The notes: generated by a model not told the origin, from the sequence alone. Shown: positions 12,113 to 25,149, counted from the stretch's first letter. The stretch is DNA of 64,000 nucleotides from Octopus sinensis (GCF_006345805.1 NC_042997.1:38440001-38504000), one strand, 5' to 3'. Made by a program: numbers and translations.

Positions 12113-12396
12113 GGAATTAAAGAAACTACCGAATAAATCTTATAAAAGTCCAGTAAATACTGACTTTGATAATCTATTTCCGGATTACTGATTTTTTCGA
12201 AACAGAGGTGCTTACATGATCAGCACACTCCAGATTAAATATTAAATCTACTTAATTAAATGAAGTACAGCTACCTCTATATCAGTATGTATAATACAAG
12301 TTTATGGATACTGTACTGTGCAAGGTACAGCTCATGAATTAGTGCGGATTATAAGAGGTTCCGAACCATTAGTGTCCCGAAATCGCTGCTGTACCT

Positions 12397-12811
12397 ATTT
12401 CTTTATTACCACAAGGGGCTAAACACAGAGAGGACAAACAAGGACAGACAAACGGATTAAGTCGATTATATCGACCCCAGTGCGTAACTGGTACTTATTT
12501 AATCGACCCCGAAAGGATGAAAGGCAAAGTCGACCTCGGCGGAATTTGAACTCAGAACGTAACGGCAGACGAAATACCTATTTCTTTATTACCCACAAGG
12601 GGCTAAACATAGAGGGGACAAACAAGGACAGACATAGGTATTAAGTCGATTACATCGACCCCAGTGCGGAACTGGTACTTAATTTATCGACCCCGAAAGG
12701 ATGAAAGGCAAAGTCGACCTCGGCGGAATTTGAACTCAGAACGTAACGGCAGACGAAATACCGCTAGGCATTTCGCCCGGCGTGCTAACGTCTCTGCCAG
12801 ATCGCCGCCTT
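12397..12811 (-). mobile_element. SINE family A dimer
   Basis: Same junction; 17-bp TSD AAATCGCTGCTGTACCT at 12380-12396 and 12812-12828. Confidence 0.92.
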
Positions 12812-14634
12812 AAATCGCTGCTGTACCTGTACTTACATACTTAACTTTATATCACAGCGTTGTTAACATTTTAGCAATAGGAGTGAGTTGGTAGCTCAGA
12901 ATATATCACTTCTGTCGCTTTGGCAGCAATATGATGTATTATACATCGAAGGGGGATTTTGAATTAACTGAACTGAATGGATTAACCAATGCTCAGCTGC
13001 GTATTACTGGTACTTGATGCTTTATGTAACAGCACCGTGTTTTCGACAGAATACGATGTTAGAGTTATGAATCGAGCTGTAGAAGAATGTTTCATTTTAA
13101 TCATCTGCACTGCCATGTGTATATAGCCATAATGTCACAGAACTGAACTACGAAGAACTAAAGCGTTTACGTTGTTGCTTGGTTTATCGAATTCCGTTAT
13201 CTTATAGCAAAGCAAAGTTACTGTGTATAAAGTAATATCATGGGTATTTGCTTTTTTTTTTTACTTTTGTTGTCGTCGTCGATATCGTTGTTGTTATTTT
13301 TATTTTTGTTGTTGTTGTTGTTGTATCAAGTTATCAGTTATCACAAATTGTCTTCTTTCTTGGTAAGCAATTTTAGTTTATTTTGCCGATGGCGGCTGAC
13401 TAAAAAGTAAGATGGCAGTTAGAGCGTCTGCAAATGAGTAGCCTTAAGGCGCTGATATAGGCTAATCATTACCAGACAAAAGTACACTATTGCTCTATAT
13501 TGCATTACATTAAACCATACTCTTTTCTACGTCACAATTCAGTGCCTCATATTCAATAAAGTTATTTACAACAACAACAACAACAGTGGTAGCATCATGA
13601 AAAACCTGATAAACTTTCCCGCAAAAAAAAAAAACTGTCTGTGTTGCATATAGCACAAACTATGGAGAGCGAGAGATAAAGAAGTATTGATTTTTCCCAT
13701 TGGCAAAAACAGAACAAAGCACCAAAACTTGTACAAGAGATATATATTCGATTGAATTGTCTCCAGAACATACTTTATACTTAGTCTATTAACTACGGTA
13801 GAATGGAATACAAAGTCGACCTCGGCGGGTTTTGAAATGATGATTGTACAGGGATGAGACTAAGTAGAGAAACATCGAAATTTGTTTTAACAAGAGCCTT
13901 GCCAATTAAAGTGGCTCCATCGTCTTGCAGACGAAGAATAAGATAGGTTTCTAAACATTGGCATAAGCCATAAATTTTAAGTGGGAGTTAAGCAAATATT
14001 TGACTAATACTAAATTATCAATGGAAAGTAAACTTAAATTATCGATGAAAGGCAAATTTATGTACAAGAACGAAACTAAAAGCGGTATTACATAGTCTCT
14101 AACAGTCCACTACTTGAAAGTTAAAATTATTGCATCTATTCACTTAGTGAATAGCAGAATCGGTAGAGCATTGGACACAGTTCTTTACGTAATGAAGCCA
14201 AATCACACGGGATTGATTTTTAATTTTATACTTCAGTTATTGATAAAACAAACACCAGCTAAAGAACTACGTCCTTTCCAAATATTTATGGCTTTGTCCA
14301 TTGAACCAATTTTAGAAATCGATATTATATATTTTGATATATGTTTCAATTTGATATATAATGTTAATTTATTTTGACTAGACACACAAGTTCAAGCGTT
14401 GGCGGAAAGATGTCAAATTATATCACCACTATCTCAAAAAAGGAAATAGTAAATAATTGTCTAAAAGCATTGCATAATGCTATCATAAAAAAATTATTAT
14501 GTACAGTCGTCAGTCCCAGAACTTGTAGAGCCGGTTACCCAGTTTTCATGGCGAATAAGGGACAACGGTCACAATATTCACTCTAAACGAGGCATCAGTC
14601 CATCGCAAGGTTACTAATTCAGAGTTAGTAATTC

Positions 14635-14925
14635 AGTGAAAAACTCCGACATCAGAAGACAATAACCGAGAGAAGAACAATAAACAAAAAATTTAACCGC
14701 AACCAGGCAGCAAGGTAGCAGTATACAGAGACATGAGAATAGGAGCAGAAAACAAAACCACGGAAGCTACTTCACGAGAAGACAAACTCCCTCTAGAAGG
14801 AAATCTGGAGTGAAGAGAAGGAATTTAACCAAAATGTTCTGTGGCTGGAAGAAATCTGAGAAAGTTATTGTTCCTGCGTTACATTCAGTATATACAACAT
14901 TGATGGTGAAACTCTTGCAACTGAA
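14635..14925 (+). mobile_element. Fragment of RLE-type LINE (family 2)
   Basis: Homologous to the revcomp of ~18850-19130 (EKLRHQKTITE...KEIWSEEKEFNQ). Confidence 0.75.
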
Positions 14926-15942
14926 CCAACGTGAAATTAAGTGTTTTGCTAAAGAGTACAACGCACCGACCGGAATTGGAATCGAAGCCATGCTCTTGCG
15001 CTGATGAGTGCAACACGCTAACCACTTGTCCATACATGCTCTTAAATAGCTGGAAAAAGAGGCTTGACGTAGAGGTTAAAGTACACGACTCTGAATAAAA
15101 AGAATTGAATTCTACACAAAGAGGATACCGTGATTAACCAAACTAAATATCTGAGAAATGTCGACTGTATTAAGGAAATTATAACGATGACGAGGTGGCG
15201 GGGCAAAGAGTAAGATAATAATAAGAAAATTGAGGAGAAGGAGGAGGAGGAGGGGGACGATGACGACGACGACAAAGACGAGGACAGTAGGATGGAAGAT
15301 AAATATAATTTCTGTCAACATCGTCATCACCTCGTCATCATCATCATCATCATCGTCATCATAAACGACATGAAACAGTGGGCACCGTAATACATATTGT
15401 GTATCGTATTTCAATATTCTGCACCGAAATTCCACTTGCTTGAACTCTACCTTTCATCTTTCTTGAATCAATGAAATATGAATCAATAACATGCTTGTGT
15501 CGATTCAATTGAATAAATATTTCCATAATAACAATCGGCATTGTGCATTTATGATTTGTCCTTTTTTACCGCAAGCCTCCATACGGCTAGTATTCACCCA
15601 CAGTTTCACAAGCGCTAAGGGAAACAAACAAATTTCCAACCGGAATAAATCACTCATTTATCGCGGGTAACATTCGGAGATATTTTCGGAAATTAAATGT
15701 TTGTACATCAAGGAAAGAACTGAATTCAACTTAGGGACTAAGTTTTACTAAAGATCACACAACAAGCATATCTGAAAGAACCCAGGCTTAGTTTCCAGCA
15801 CATAGAACAGATGTGGTCTAAATAACTAAACAGAGTTAGTTAAATGGAAAGTAATTAGGACTATTATAAGTAATGAACGGTGCACTTAGTTGAAAAGAAG
15901 AGAGTAGCAGTGCATAGTATAAGCAATAGAAAATATTAGATT

Positions 15943-16335
15943 GAGGCGCAGGAGTGGCTATGTGGTAAGTAGCTTGCTTACCAACCACATGGTTCCGGGT
16001 TCATTAACACTGCGTGGCACCTTGGGAAAGTGTCTTCTACTATAGCCTCGGGCCGACCAAAGGCTTCTGGGTAGATTTGGTAGACGGAAACTGAAAGAAG
16101 CCCGTCGTATATATGTTTATGTATGTATATGTTTGTGTGTCTGGGTTTGTCCCCTCACCAGCGCTTGACAACCGATGGTAATGTGTTTACGTCCCCGTAA
16201 CTTAGCGGTTCGGCAAAAGAGACCGATAGAATAAGTACTAGGTTTACAAAAAATAAGTCCTGGGGTCGATTTGCTCGACTAAAGGCGGTGCTCCAGTATG
16301 ACCGCAGTCAAATGACTGAAACAAGTAAAAGAGTA
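15943..16335 (+). mobile_element. Full-length SINE family B
   Basis: Head GGCGCAGGAGTGGC, ACCTTGGGAAAGTGTCTTCT CORE-like segment, aaaagagta tail. Confidence 0.9.
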
Positions 16336-16394
16336 AGCTATATATATTATATACCGTGGAGGCTTTCCCTTGCCCTGAAAGCTACCTGTCCAGT

Positions 16395-17140
16395 AATTGC
16401 AACATTAACAGAGGCATCGCATCGAGAATAGGATCAGCGCAGCCGATATTGCTTTCGGAAGACTCTCAAAACTAGACTTCCTAAACCATGACCCACCATC
16501 CAAAGGAAAATCATGGGATCCAAGCCGTCGACTTTTCCACACTTCTCTACGGCTGCAAGATGTGGATGGGCATTCTAACGACGAAACTTGAAGAAAATTG
16601 AACGTTACCAACAGCACTGATGAGGATTCGATGGAAGAACTATACTACCAAAGAAGGGATTCGTTTCGGGCTGAAATACCCAGCGCTGAAGCCACCATGG
16701 CACGGCACCGCCTCCGCTGGTCAGGACACTTTATATCTATGCCTCAAATGCACCTCCCCTGTCAACTCCCCTTCTCAGAATTGGCCTCAGGCACTAGACT
16801 ACGAGGAGCTCCTAAATTCCATTTCCGAGACAAGCTCAAGGGTATTCTCCTCTGCTGCTACATTGACCCAAATACCAAGGAGACAATCGCCATAGATCGC
16901 CGAATGTGTCGGCATGTCATTGTCGAGAGAACAGACCTGACGAAAAATAACAAACGTCAAGAGGCAGGGATCAGACGTCGATGAGGCAAAGAGATATTCG
17001 CCCTGCCTCGTCCCCTATCAACTTTCCCATGCAATAAATATTGCCGTCTCTTTATGCCGCCTTTAGCCTAAAAAGCCACCTCGGGAGTGCACACCATTCG
17101 CGCCTATCAGGATGAAGATGCTCAATCACACTCGTTAACG
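16395..17140 (+). mobile_element. RTE/BovB-like LINE 3' fragment
   Basis: Translations TLLYGC..W and RHRLRWSGHFISMPQMHLPCQLPFSELASGTRLRGAPKFHFRDKLK are typical of the RTE post-RT region. Confidence 0.8.
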
Positions 17141-17394
17141 CCGACAATATACATATATATGTGCGTGTGTGTTTGTGTGTCTGCGTTTGCCCCCCCCCCC
17201 CCACCACCACCACCATTGCCTGACAACCGATGCTGGTGTGTTTACGTCCCCGTAACTTAGCGGTTCGGCAAAAGACCCCGATACAATAAGAACTAGGCTT
17301 ACAAAGAATAAGTCGTGGGGTCGATTTGCTCGACTAAAGGCGGCGCTTTATTAATGCGCTGACTACAGGTTGTATCGTTGCTAAATTGATAGAG

Positions 17395-17690
17395 GGCAAA
17401 AATTCTGAAGCTGGGTTGTTTGTTATTGGCTCAAATGTCGATGTGTTCGCTGAATGCTATTTTTTCTGTTTTTCAGAATTTTGATCTGGGATCTGTGCAG
17501 AGCCATCCTTTGACGTAGACTGTTTTGGGTTTGGCCTATGTATTGCTCACGACACCCAGAGCAGGTTAATTCATATACCCGGTTCTCCGAAGCACAAGTG
17601 AAGTTGCTTTTTACTGTGAAACGTCGACCCAGTTTGAAAAAGAACTCTGATACCTCAATTAGATTGAGGCATATACCTCTTATTTTCCTC
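17395..17690 (-). mobile_element. Penelope-like GIY-YIG endonuclease fragment
   Basis: FTCASENRVYELTCSGCREQYIGQTQNSLRQRMALH matches the PLE GIY-YIG pattern (IY..C..C...YIGQT...L..R...H). Confidence 0.85.
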
Positions 17691-18744
17691 ATACATAACT
17701 CGTCTGTTCCTTTTCAACCTTCTGCATATATATATACACACATGTATGTATGTATGTATGTATGTATGTATGTATGTATGTATGTATGTATGTAGGTATG
17801 TATGTATAGGATGAGCACAAGTGTGTACGTACGCCGCTATATGTATATATAAATATAAAAAAATGGAACATAAACGCAATAGAGGACAATAAAACATTCG
17901 GACAGATAGATGATCCACAGGCGGACATGAAAAAAGGACGTGTCATTCGTAGCCGTCTTTCTTCAGTCAAGTTACTAGAAGTCTTTACAGTTTCGGGCAG
18001 TTACACTTGAGACTGTTCGATCTGGTTGATCCCCAAAAAAGTCTAAGCTAGGAGCATTAGATTTTTTTGTGAGAAAGCTAACGAATGTGTACGGCAACAA
18101 AGACAAAAAACGGAGAACATGTTACACAATTACAAATACAAACAACAAGAATGTAACAGCAGGTGTCTTTCGACTGAAAACGAATCAAATTGAGCTGGCA
18201 TTTATGAAATGAAAGCCTAAAGGAAGGAACATAGGAGATGGACATAAGAGGTGTTGGCGATCGGCAGTCAGGCCAAGAATGAAAGATCATGGCTGGCCGG
18301 ACACCGGTCACGTATAATGAGAAGAGGGAGTAGCAGGATTGAAGGATTAGAAAAAATCAAAGAGACAAAGAAGAAGGTACAGGGGAGGTAAACGAGAAGG
18401 AAAAATGGGAGTTAAAGGAAGAGAGGGCCAAGAAATGTGACAGAGAGGGGGAGAGAGAAAAAGAAAAGAGGAAGCTCTCGCACCTCTGATATTACAGTTT
18501 TGTTGACTAACAATTGCTCGGCGCCTACTCAGACTCCATTCCTCCCAGCAGCTTGTTCTGCTGTGATTATGTTATTGGTTTCACAATGGTCCTGGAGGAA
18601 GAGGTTAAAACATGCTCTATATATCTTATACATTAAGTTCTCGCATGCAATTTGCCTTGTGGATGGTTTGCATTTGGGGATCAACTTTGTCTCTGCTAGA
18701 GCTAACCAGTGTGGTATGCTTCTGTTCCGAATGAGAGCTTGTTC

Positions 18745-19570
18745 CTACAAATTGATAAGATATGGTCGGTAGAATATTAGCTTCTTGTACCAATATCCAA
18801 CAATGAAGTCTCTTATAGGTGCCTTTCCATCCTGGAGTTTCTGGATCACAGTTGCAAGTGTTTCACCATCAATGTTGTATATATTGGATGTAACGCAGGA
18901 GCAATAACTTTCTCGGATTACTTCCAGCCACAGAGCATCTTGGTTAAATTCCTTCTCTTCACTCCAGATTTCTTTACAGAGGAAGTTTATGTCTTCTCGT
19001 GAAGAAGCTTCCGTGTTTTTTTTATTTCTGCTCCTCCTGTCATGTCTCTGTATACTGCGGTTGCGGTTAAATTTTTTGTTTATTGTTCTTCTTTCGGTTA
19101 TTGTCTTCTGATGTCGGAGTTTTTCACTGACAGCTTTTAGCTCCTGATTTAGGGTAATCAGTTTGCAAGTGAGTGTCCTCTTTTTGCTCTCTCCAAACAT
19201 AATTTCTATCTCCTTCTTTACTTTCTGTTGATGGGACGTATAATGATTTGCTTGTTTGCATGCAATCAGCATCATTACATGACTGATAGTCTTCCGTAAA
19301 CCAGTTATCTTTTTCTCTGTCTTCAAAACCCATGATGGTACTTTCTTTGTTTTTTTCGGTTTGGTATATTTTTTGAATATCACTCATGTACTGTTTTACA
19401 GTAGTAGCCAGAGCAAATATACTGGAATTAATCTGCCAGTATGTGGGTTCATCACACTGTTGTAGATATTCATCACCAATTTCGTTGACAACTTTTAATA
19501 CCGTATATGGCGGGTTTTTTACTTACTTTGGTAAAGAATACTCTCTCCACGGGAGAGTACTTCAAAGCCA

Positions 19571-19601
<31 letters not shown>

Positions 19602-20040
19602 TGTATGTACGTACGTACGTATGTATGTATGTATGTATGTATGTATGTATGTATGTATGTATGTATGTATGTATGCATTGTGTATGTATGTAAGTACGTA
19701 CGTATGTCTCTATGTATGTAGGGACATGCGCATGTACACACATACAATATTATCAAGTTTATCGATCTCCAGTTTGATGGTTAGCGCTTTACTTTCGTTA
19801 TAATGATTGTATGCAAATATGATGGTCTTGGATGTAAACAAACAACGCAGCAGTGCTGCAAAGTGGTTAGATGAGCTGCGAAGGGAAAGCTGTGCAAACG
19901 TCTCCCCAAAAACTTATGATATTAACAATGAAATTCGCCTGGACGCTTAATATCACAGAAGATTCACATTCTGCAGGGCAGCACTTGATAGATTCTTCAA
20001 GTGAACAATGATGCTGAAACCGATGCACCAGACTAGCTGG
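18745..20040 (-). mobile_element. RLE-type LINE (family 2) fragment interrupted by (TACA)n
   Basis: 212-aa ORF ending KLQDGKAPIRDFIVGYWYKKL (pre-RT motif like WKSPG.D.I..YW); (ATGT)n at ~19570-19715. Confidence 0.75.
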
Positions 20041-20047
20041 CAGTTCT

Positions 20048-20425
20048 AAGTACAACACTATTGGCTAAAACCTAGGAAAGCAATAGAGCCAAAAACTACA
20101 GGATAATAGTATGGTTGAATATAAGCGATAGAGCCAAAAACTACAGGATAATAGTATGGTTGAATATAAGCGATAGAGCCCAAAACTACAGGATAATAGT
20201 ATGGTTGAATATAATATATATATATGTTGACCTCGTGAAGACCACTTGCATTTTTTCCCCTCTGTCCTCCCACCTCGGGATCTTTCTTTCTCCTATGTTT
20301 CCAACGAAGAGCTCCGCTCGAAACGTCATGCCCTCCTTCTTCCTTTTTTTTCCTGAGCGCCTAATAATACTTTAATTGTTCCACCTCCTCGCGTTGTTGT
20401 CTTTTTTGTTTTCTTGTTTGGATTA

Positions 20426-20494
<69 letters not shown>

Positions 20495-20560
20495 CCATAC
20501 TATTATCCTGTAGTTTTTGGCTCTATCGCTTTCTAGGTTTTAGCCAATAGTGTTATACTT
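20048..20560. mobile_element. Fold-back/MITE-like element with ~80-bp TIRs and 3 x 45-bp tandem repeats
   Basis: 20048-20125 is the revcomp of ~20488-20560; repeat starts at 20083, 20128, 20173. Confidence 0.75.
20222..20430 (+). mobile_element. Decayed ~200-bp minimal-hammerhead element
   Basis: CCAACGA-A-GAGC/TCC/GCTC-GAAACGTC (core mutated); shares TTCCTGAGCG...TAATAC...CCACCT with 2091-2300. Confidence 0.55.
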
Positions 20561-21082
20561 ATAATGCATACCATGCATATATACGTGCATTCCTCCAGAA
20601 CCGTTACGAAAAAGAAAATGTGGTGACTGAAGAACTCTGTTTCTATCCCTCTGGTTGGCATAACCAAATCTGAATCACCTTACATAATCTCGAACGTTTA
20701 TAAAATTCTTATGAAGTCAACAACATGAAATTCTCACTGGTGAGATATAATGTTCTAATACGGTTAGTGAAATTCGAAGGTTTCCTTTGGTACGATGGCG
20801 GAACGTCTGTCCTGTTTAGAGAGGATGTGGGTTCGAGTCACACAGACGACCTTAGACATTTTCTATCCAAAAGAGATTTTTCAACCCAATATTTACATGC
20901 TAATATTTATAGCTTTACATTTGTTCTTTGAGATATTCTAAGTGAGAAGTACTTCACGTTCTCTCGGAAGTCCATAAAATTCTAATGACGTCAATAACAT
21001 AATGCATTTTCATTTATTGTGTAGCTGAAAGCCACACATCCCGACTTTTGTTAACAGTAAGTTTATACACACACACACAAAA

Positions 21083-21126
<44 letters not shown>

Positions 21127-21128
<2 letters not shown>

Positions 21129-21434
21129 CACGTGATCACGTGACCGACCAGACTATCAGATGTTGTTACACATCGCTGGTCACAATGCGTTCGCATTGTT
21201 TTAGCCTTCGAATGACGCCACCCCGCTGGCTAAGCGAGCAGGCCAACAGAAGAAAGAGTGAGAGAAAGAGTGGTGAAAAAGTACAGCAGGGATCACCACC
21301 CCCAGCCGGAGCCTCGTGGAGTTTTTTTAGGAGTTTTCGCTAAATAAACACTCACAACGCCCGGTCTGGGAATCGAAACGGCGATCCTACGACCGCGAGT
21401 CCGCTGCCCTAACCACTGGGCCATTGCGCCTCCA
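21127..21434 (-). mobile_element. SINE family C with RTE-type tail
   Basis: Head GGAGGCGCAATGGCCCAGTGGTTAGGGCAGCGGAC; tail ends GTCACGTGATCACGTGAT. Confidence 0.9.
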
Positions 21435-21451
21435 CACACACACACACACAC

Positions 21452-21507
<56 letters not shown>

Positions 21508-22366
21508 AACAAACTGAGGAAAAGAAATCCTTCAAAGGGGTGTGTTAAACTTCCAATTCACTGGTACTTCAGTTGGATACCATATAAATATTGGTATAAT
21601 TCAATTACAAAGATAAATTAAATATAAAGATATTCGATTGACAATCAAATAATTCATTTATATTACAATATTACATTAAATACTATGAATATAATATATA
21701 ACAACATAACATAATATAATATAAATAATTATAATTATATAATATGTTATGATACGTTATATAATTTATTCATAGCATTTAATGTAATATTGTAATATAA
21801 ATGAATTATTTGATTGTCCATACAATATCTCTATATTTAATTTATCATTACATATATAAAGGCGAGCTGGCAGAATCCGTAGCACGCCGAGAAAGTGCTT
21901 TCCGGCGTGCCTTTTGTCGTTTCTGGAGTAAGAAATTAAGTACCACTTGTGCATTGGAGTCGATAAAATCGACTGGCACCTTCTTCCATAATCTGAGGCA
22001 TCGTGACTATAGTAGAATATAGATAGATATATACACACACACGTGTGTGTGTATGTATTTATCCATGTCTGTGCGTGTATAGACAATAGGTTAGGATTTC
22101 AAAGAAATTTAGCTGTTGTTTCCAGCACGTCGAACGAATATGGCGTAAATGTTCCCTTTTAGTGTGGATGACACATTTAGTTGAAAGACCCCTAAAATAT
22201 CTGACTGCATTTCTTTGCGTCCTTTTATGTTCACAGTTCAAATCCCACCATCTTCAAATTGACCTCCCAACCTATGTCTTAATTTTTTTTTCCGAGGCTT
22301 GAAATAGTTTTTATCTCTGTCCTCGTTTTTACAATCAATTATGGAATTAATTTTATTGATCAATAT

Positions 22367-22570
22367 CTATTTCTTTACTACCCACAAGGGGGCTAAACAC
22401 AGAGGGGACTAACAAGGACAGAAAAACGGATTGAACCTATTATATCGATCCCAGTGAGTAACTGGTACTTAATTTATCGACCCCGAATTTGAACTCAGAA
22501 CGTAGCGGCAGACGAAACACCGCTAAGCATTTCGCCCGGCGTGCTAACGTTTCTACCAGCTCGCTGCCTT
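22367..22570 (-). mobile_element. SINE family A with internal deletion
   Basis: Flanked by TGATCAATATC direct repeats; central domain partly missing. Confidence 0.85.
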
Positions 22571-22587
22571 AAATGATCAATATCACC

Positions 22588-22785
22588 ACTCGCACCACCA
22601 CCACCATCACCACCACCATCACCACCACCATCACCACCACCACCATCACCACCATCACCACTCACAATACAACCACCACCACCACCACCACTACCACCAC
22701 CACCACCACCACCATCACCACCATCACCACTCACAATACAACCACCACCACCACCACCACCACTACCACCACTACCACTACATCA
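22588..22785. repeat. (ACC)n microsatellite with higher-order duplication
   Basis: ATCACCACTCACAATACAACC occurs twice within the ACC array. Confidence 0.9.
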
Positions 22786-22960
22786 ATATTAATTGTTGTG
22801 ATGAAGTACATATTGTTCCGTACGTAAAATTTAATTGTAAGTTCGGACTATCGCTTTAGTGTTCAGGTAATGTAAGGGAAGTAACTTATAGTAGCTTTAT
22901 GTAATGTTGTGATTATCTCCCTTACATCATAGGATAAACTGCAAGTATAAAAGACACGTG

Positions 22961-24255
22961 CAGTAGAACCTCGCAGTACGAGTGCAACATTGTACGAATA
23001 ATTTACTGTTGGAGCCGAGGCTCGTGCAAATTTTTTGTCTTGAAGTACGAGCGGAAATCCACAGTACGAGCGAGTTTCATACAAACGACCGCTAGTCGGC
23101 GCTGAACTTTCACACACTCTCCAAACACCCGCAATATCCGCTCGCTCAGTTCACAGGTTTATTTCGTTGTGGCAGCATCTCTGTTCAGTTTTTATCAGTG
23201 TTTTTGTTCAGGTTTTGTGCATTTTTTGCTGTTATTTTATGATGATTAGCTGTGTTAGCCATGGGTCCTAAGAAGGTTAGTGCGAAGGACAGTGCTGAGA
23301 AGAAGGAAAAGCTGATTACAATAGAATTGAAGATGAAAATCTCTCTCTATATATATAAAGCTGAAGTTGTTTGTGCATGGCAGGTTTGGTAGCCTTCAAC
23401 TAACACTATCTCCTCGGAGACCCTGCGGCGCAAGTTGACCAAAATTGAAAGTATGACAGAAGAAGGATTGCTCTTCCTTCCGTAGTAGAAAAAAATTCAA
23501 ATCGGACCATGTTAATACCAAAAATTATTTACATCAAAAAGGTGCTTTTTTTTGTATGAAAATCCCTATTTTTTACGACTTTGTCACTGCTGTGTCGCCA
23601 TTTTTCGGTGTATTTCAACCAGAAAAATGCTCACTTAAAGAGAATGACAAGCTACATAATGCAAATTTTTTTACTTTTCAAAAATCCCGATTCTAAAGGG
23701 TCGAAACAAACCCGAGCAACACCGGGCGATAGTCATTGATAAACATGGGGTAGGAGTGCGTGTAGTGGACATAGCACGTCAATACGACCGAAGCACGCCG
23801 ACGATCTGCACCATCCCGAAGAAAAAAGACGAAATCAAGGCCATTACAACAGCAAAGGATGTCTCCAGCAACGCACATCTGCCCACAAAAGAAGATCCCC
23901 ATACTGCGCCGTTGCTTTCTCGCAGATGATGGTCTCCGTAATCGTATCCTCCGCGAATTGCTTATCGTTGATCCAAAGGAGAAGCAATTATTCTATCCTT
24001 TGCAGTGTTGGCAAAGTTGCAGTATGTTTCTGAATTTGTTGAAAAACATCTAGAACAGTAGTCTTAGGTTTTGCAGCTGCTTTATTTAATGATACTGTTC
24101 TGGGGCATTTTCATAACATTTTGAAAGGCGGGAAAAAGCAGAATTCTCTTGATATGTTTCTAATTAAACGACCGGCAAGTGTAAAAAGTGAAGAAAGTAT
24201 GCCCCTAAGCGTAAATTAAGCGCAGTAAGAGAGAAAACGCCAGAAATTGTGCATA
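22961..24255 (+). mobile_element. Tigger/pogo-like transposon, internally deleted
   Basis: 5' end CAGTAGAACCTCG; ATG 23261 MGPKKVSAKDSAEKKEKLITIELKMK|IIDKHGVGVRVVDIARQYDRSTPTICTI; C-terminal NDTVLGHFHNILKGGKKQNSLDMFLIKRPAS. Confidence 0.85.
23340..23732 (+). mobile_element. Non-autonomous Helitron inserted in the Tigger ORF
   Basis: 5' TC, hairpin CCCGAGCAACACCGGG, ends TAG; removal restores the Tigger frame at A|T. Confidence 0.85.
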
Positions 24256-24770
24256 ACTGGTACTTATTTAATCGACCCCGAAAGGATGAAAGGCAAAGTC
24301 GACCTCGACGAAATTTGAACCCAGAACATAGCAGCAGACGAAATACCCATTTCTTTATTACCCACAAGGGGCTAAACACAGAGGGGACAAACAAGGACAG
24401 ACAAAGGTATTAAATCGATTACATCGACCCCAGTGCGTAACTGGTACTTAATTTATCGACCCCGAAAGGATGAAAGGCAAAGTCGACCTCGGCGGAATTT
24501 GAACCCAGAACATAGCGGCAGACGAAATACCTATTTCTATTTCTTTATTACCCATTAGGGGCTAAACACAGAGGGGACAAACAAGGACAGATATAGGTAT
24601 TAAATCGATTACATCGACCCCAGTGCGTAACTGGTACTTAATTTATCGACTCCGAAAGGATGAAAGGCAAAGTCGACCTCGGCGGAATTTGAACCCAGAA
24701 CATAGCGGTAGACGAAATACCGCTAAGCATTTCGCCCGGCGTGCTAACGATTCTGCCAGCTCGCTGCCTT
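24250..24770 (-). mobile_element. SINE family A trimer (last unit truncated)
   Basis: Two AAT(A/G)G|GTATTTCGTC junctions equivalent to those in the dimers. Confidence 0.88.
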
Positions 24771-25149
24771 AGGAACCGCGAACATTAACATCGGGCAGTA
24801 ATGGGAAACGTTTCTCCGAGGGTAGATACAAAGGTTCTATATTATAGAGCCAGTGTCGTGTTGCAGGGAGCTATTTAGCCTAACCCCAGTGTCATTTAGG
24901 TTCTTTGATATTTTTAGAATTGTTCGAAGCAAAATTTGTTGGTTTTCGTAGCCGCATGTAGCGTCGGGTAGATCAGGAGGTGTCAGGTTCAAACCAGAGT
25001 TCTAACTTGAGACATTACAACAGAACGGATATTCATGTACACTCTAGTAAAAGTGAGCAACTTTTCTTTCCTCTTCTTCCTTCTCCTCCACCTTCCCCTC
25101 TCTCTCTCTCTTTCTCTCTCTCACTATATATATCTGATATATATATATA

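Noticed and set aside
20083-20215. Three 45-bp repeats as a CRISPR array
   Set aside because: Contiguous tandem repeats with no unique spacers, in a eukaryotic context with no cas genes.
22495-22827. Gly-rich and Thr-rich ORFs
   Set aside because: Translations of the (ACC)n microsatellite and the adjacent SINE.
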